Below are positions 60,231-64,000 of a DNA stretch of 64,000 nucleotides, one piece after another. The stretch's first letter is position 1, and each line of letters begins with the position of its first letter. A program made the position numbers and the translations under genes. The DNA lies in assembly GCA_000708835.1 (NCBI GenBank), contig DF237067.1, forward strand, positions 62,001 to 126,000. The letters run 5' to 3'. Source of the DNA: Klebsormidium nitens. Taxonomy: Eukaryota; Plantae; Klebsormidiophyceae. Below the pieces are notes generated by a model, which searched no databases, had not been told where the DNA came from, and was given only the letters and a program-made list of their open reading frames with translations.

Positions 60231-61370
60231 TCATCCTTGTTGTAGTGAGAATTTAGGCACCCCCATAAAGTACGCCAGCAGATGTTGTATGCTTGTCCAG
60301 CTTCGTCCAATTAGGTCGAATGGAAGTTGTGTCGGAAAGCTCTCACTTGGGTGCGAGTCTGAGAAAGCAACAACCTCGTAGGTGGCAAGTAGGCTGTCGT
60401 CGAGGCTAAGATTGTCAGGGTGGAACTCCGGTACAAAGTTCTCTGGTTGCTGGCTCACTGGAAGTGGGGGACAGGCTGAGGTGCCCGCTTTATGAATCTG
60501 CATACGGATGACAAGACCGACTTATCATGTGATACTACGGCCTAAGCTGGACATAGATGTGCTGTATCATTGGGTAAGCAGGACATTGATCTGCTGGAGT
60601 CCTCCATGAGTGCCTCAAGTCATCCAGACAATTGACGGCTTACAAAGCCTTCTTTGACTTCAAATAGCCCGGATACCAGAACTTACCCTGTGCACGTTTG
60701 GAGCTGGAGCAAAGAACTTCTCGTACACGGAGGTCACTATGTCTGCCACTGTTCCAAGGCTAGACTCTGCAGACGACAAGCGGGGCGTGTTTTCTTAATC
60801 AAGGCATGGGCAATAAGTGTTATTTGAGCAGAGTAGCGAAGGGGCAGAAATTGTCACCAGGATCGCATCTGTTGTGAATGCTGAAAGTGCAGTCTATTAC
60901 GGCTGCTCAGCATGCTGTCAGCTGCTGAGGTCGCATTGTCTTATCAGTACCTATGATGAGCAAGTTGCATAAGTTGATGCTTCTCAGAAACTTGTTGGTC
61001 TGCACGGAAGTTGATACCTCACCTGCGGTATTTCTGACAGTCACCAGAGCACATCTTACGAGAAACTCAACTTTCCGTGCACCCTGCTCTACAAAATGCG
61101 TGAGCTTGGGGGGATCATGTGCAACTGGCTCTACATTGCCACTGCCTTCTGAAGCGGGGTGTAAGAGCTCAGTAGGAACGTGTACCCTCTTCCGAATGCT
61201 CGATTCCATCTTCGACATTTCTCAAACTCTGAAGTTCACGTTCAGAAAACAGAACTGCTGGTTAGTGATGTGAGCTACATCAGGCCAGTACCCTGCTGGC
61301 TGCCTCAACGATATCACAAAATCGAATGAAAAGCGAAGTGTCCTCCATTCGCAGTGGACTCGTACGTACT
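60231..61370 (-). CDS. Probable multi-exon gene of unknown function; boundaries unresolved
   Basis: Open minus-strand segments with splice signals: RTSPLRMEDTSLFIRFCDIVEAASR|, LLHPASEG...ARKVEFL|GTAAG, SSLGTVADIVTSVYEKFFAPAPNVHR|GTAAG and ATGCAG|IHKAGTSAC...LATYE. A full model could not be closed. Confidence 0.35.
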
Positions 61371-61976
61371 AGAAAACATTGATCCGTCAAGAAGCTGGTA
61401 CTGAATGAGCATAGCATGCCTTTCTCTAGCAGAGATCGCAATCAGAATGGAAGCCACAGCTTGCCCGTATTGCAGCTGGAAGGCGCCTCAAACTTAAAAG
61501 TTTCAGCAAGCTTCAATTTCAAGCCAGTGCCAGCAGGCTCAACGTTTTAATACAATCACCGCCTGACAAAGTTTAGCGGTGCCGTTTTTCAGCCCTAATA
61601 CAGTATGTCCTGCCAAGCTGCGTTTCTTGGCGACGTTTCAAGTTTCTGAAGACTCTCTAAGTCGCTCATCAGATGTCACTTCCACAAGGAACGCCACTGT
61701 ACTCTGTCGACTTGGGCGACGCTGCTCTGATTGATTCTGGAAGTTCTGCGGACACTTGGTATCGAAGAATCAGATGCATTGCCAATTGATGTCATTGTCA
61801 TGTTGCTCAGCTCCCATCGCTAGGTATTTATTTTAGTAGCCCAGAGTCAAAGCAATGCTTTCAAATAGTAAAGTTCCCCTTTCTAATAACCTTTTGCATC
61901 ACGCCACTGCCGTCGGTTGTTTCAAGGTGAAGATTGACTCAAGCAACCCGCTTCTTCAGGCAAAGCGCACTTTGGG

Positions 61977-63223
61977 ATGATGGGATCGATCACTCGTCCA
62001 CCAACTCCACCATCAGAAGAGGAGGAAGGTTTGAAAGCGCCGACAATTCAGGATATTGTAAATATGCGGGTGAGTTGGGGTTTTCTGAAATTGCATTTTG
62101 CTCACTGGTGTACTGGTGGGAAGATTTTGATCATTGGATGCTAACAACAGAGTGGTTGCTGCTTGTAAGTGGAGACAGGCCATAGCCTTCATTAACAAAC
62201 TCTCTCGGCAGCCAGAAAGGAGTTGTCTTTGTGTCTTCGTTGTCTTCGTTGTCTTTGTTGTAAGACCCTGGGGACAAGGAGTGCTTCTTATTGAACGCAT
62301 TCGTTTGAAGTGCTGCTTGGTGGTGGCTACGGGCCACCAATTGTCAGCATGCACTTCATCCATTCCCAGACAGCACGGGCGCCTTCCAACCAGCCCACAG
62401 CTCCGCCAGGATTTTCTACACTGGAAGTGTGTAGAGAAAAGTATGATGAGCTGTACATGTCCTCGAAAAACGAGCTTGACTCACTTTGTAAAGCATACAT
62501 GAACAGGCCACAAGGAGTCTTCACTAAAGTGAGTTCTTGAAGAAAGTCCTTACAGGTGAAGATAAGATTTATCCTCATCGTTTCCTTGTAATGTGCAGCT
62601 TATTCAGAGTGGTGAGAAAGAGCGACTCAAGGAGTTGTTACGGGAGCGATTAGTGGAGTGTGGGTGGAAAGACGATTTGATAGCTGATTGTCGGTGAGAT
62701 CCTCCCAGAATTGAAATGAACTTGAAGTATCTTGTTTAGAGTGGGTTGAGCTTTCATTCGCAACTCTTCTGACAATTCTGGCATTTCTTTGACACAAAGC
62801 ATGCTATGTCGTTCCCTAAGAATTCATTTGTTTTTGTTGCAATGACTGCGGATCCAGAAGGGAGCTCTGTGAAGCCTGTGAATTGGTAGCTTTGGGTCCT
62901 GCAAACCTTGAGTCTTCCCGTTGCAGAAAACGCGTGAGAGAAGCTGGCCGTGGGGCTGTAACAATCGACAACCTCGTCAAAACCATTACACCAAAAGGCA
63001 GAGGTCAGATCCTTGCCAATGGTGCTTCGAATCTTCTTGCCTTGTTAAGAAGTCTTGTGATCAGCCTTCCTTGCTTGAAACTCTCTATGATCTCTTATCT
63101 GGTATCATGCTACTTCTTTTCTCTCCACTGACGTCAAGCTCAATTTGGCTTGCAGCTACCGTACCTGCTAGTGTAAAAGCTGAACTCTTACAGCGGATAC
63201 GAAGTTTCTTAGATGAGACATAG
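61977..63223 (+). CDS. ENY2: Transcription and mRNA export factor ENY2/Sus1 (SAGA/TREX-2 subunit), 4 exons
   Basis: MMGSITRPPTPP...TIQDIVNMR|LIQSGEKERLKELLRERLVECGWKDDLIADCR|KRVREAGRGAVTIDNLVKTITPKGR|ATVPASVKAELLQRIRSFLDET*, phase-consistent GT-AG junctions. Confidence 0.93.
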
Positions 63224-64000
63224 TTGTTCAGGACAAAGCCGTTCTGAATTCGCTTAAGCAGCCGATCTTTCAATGGTGAGAATTCAACAGCATGAGCCGT
63301 CTGGTGCACCTCTCATTGTGTCTGTGGCAGATCTAGGCTGATAACATACCAATGACAGTCACGTTTCTCTCAGTGAATGATCTGATGTTTGGAGTAAGAT
63401 AGTGGATCATGGCCAGATCATTTACTCATCCACCCTCTGCGGCCCGTGGAAAAAGGTCAATTTGCGGTATATCTACGAGTGAGCGATTGGACTTCGTCTT
63501 GCTGCACCTCGGCCCGCGCTTAGTACAAACATCATTGTACCAAGGATCTCATGCGTCACGCAGCCATCGGAATCCTAGTCGAGCCATCACCATACAAGAT
63601 TAGTCCCTGGCTGCAACCGCGAAAGTGGAATTACGTTTCTCTATGTGCACACTGGTTTAACGACAGCATGACTACGTTTTATTCAACTTTGAAAGATATG
63701 ACGAATGGAGAACGATGACGATTCCATTTTTCCATCACCTCGCCTCCGTAGAATGGGGCCAAGACTTTGATCACGTTGATGTCCGGCCAATTAAGGCCAT
63801 GATAGGCCCATGGTGGACATGTCCGGAAACCATTCCGTGCTGCATGGTGTGCCTCAGCTGAGCTCATGATTAGCTTGCATCTCGAGCTGCCACCTGTCTC
63901 GCTTTGAAGCAGCTTACTTTGAACGGCGGAGGCAAGCTTCAGCTCTGCACAACTCTACTATTCCGGCTCCAATAGCTAATAAGGGCTCGTAGTTCATAGT

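Noticed and set aside
60840-60930. Plus-strand AVYYGCSACCQLL as an OB-fold zinc ribbon
   Set aside because: The frame is short and stop-bounded, and splice signals in this region favour a minus-strand gene.
62070-62598. Box C/D snoRNA or extra coding exon in ENY2 intron 1 (ATGATGA near 62446; ORF 62310-62540)
   Set aside because: No matching D box or terminal stem was found, and ENY2 joins cleanly without this ORF. The short GTCTTCGTT repeat nearby is a trivial microsatellite.
1-64000. Most short ORFs in the supplied track, and rRNA/tRNA genes
   Set aside because: The ORF track uses prokaryote-style starts and ignores introns, so most entries are intron read-through or antisense noise. No rRNA or tRNA signature was seen by eye.

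Overview
Intron-dense eukaryotic genomic DNA, inferred to come from a streptophyte green alga (Klebsormidium-like gene content and GT-AG introns). Host genes in order: a plastid-type alpha-glucan phosphorylase with an N-terminal ACT domain (minus strand, runs off the left edge), a 3-methyladenine DNA glycosylase, an unknown probably plastid-targeted membrane protein, two tandem DUR3 urea-transporter copies, a Myb + PHD-C5HCH chromatin-type protein, an LPA1-like DUF3493 protein, a poorly resolved minus-strand gene and ENY2/Sus1. The first DUR3 copy is dead: it has a nonsense codon, a fold-back templated frameshift and an internal two-exon inversion. The main discovery is a complete 7.7 kb tyrosine-recombinase (PAT/kangaroo-like) retrotransposon at 9032-16763 with near-identical split direct repeats. 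It appears to express its genes through three phase-2 spliceosomal introns. Two sense introns would convert a Gag ORF into a Gag-Pol fusion. One antisense intron would give the recombinase its missing ATG while excising the element's own internal repeat junction. These introns are predicted by eye and need transcript confirmation. Also present: two MITEs, dense GTAC clusters upstream of both DUR3 copies, a conserved 5-nt micro-exon, and a decayed coding tract with 15-bp periodicity. No rRNA, tRNA or CRISPR array was seen.
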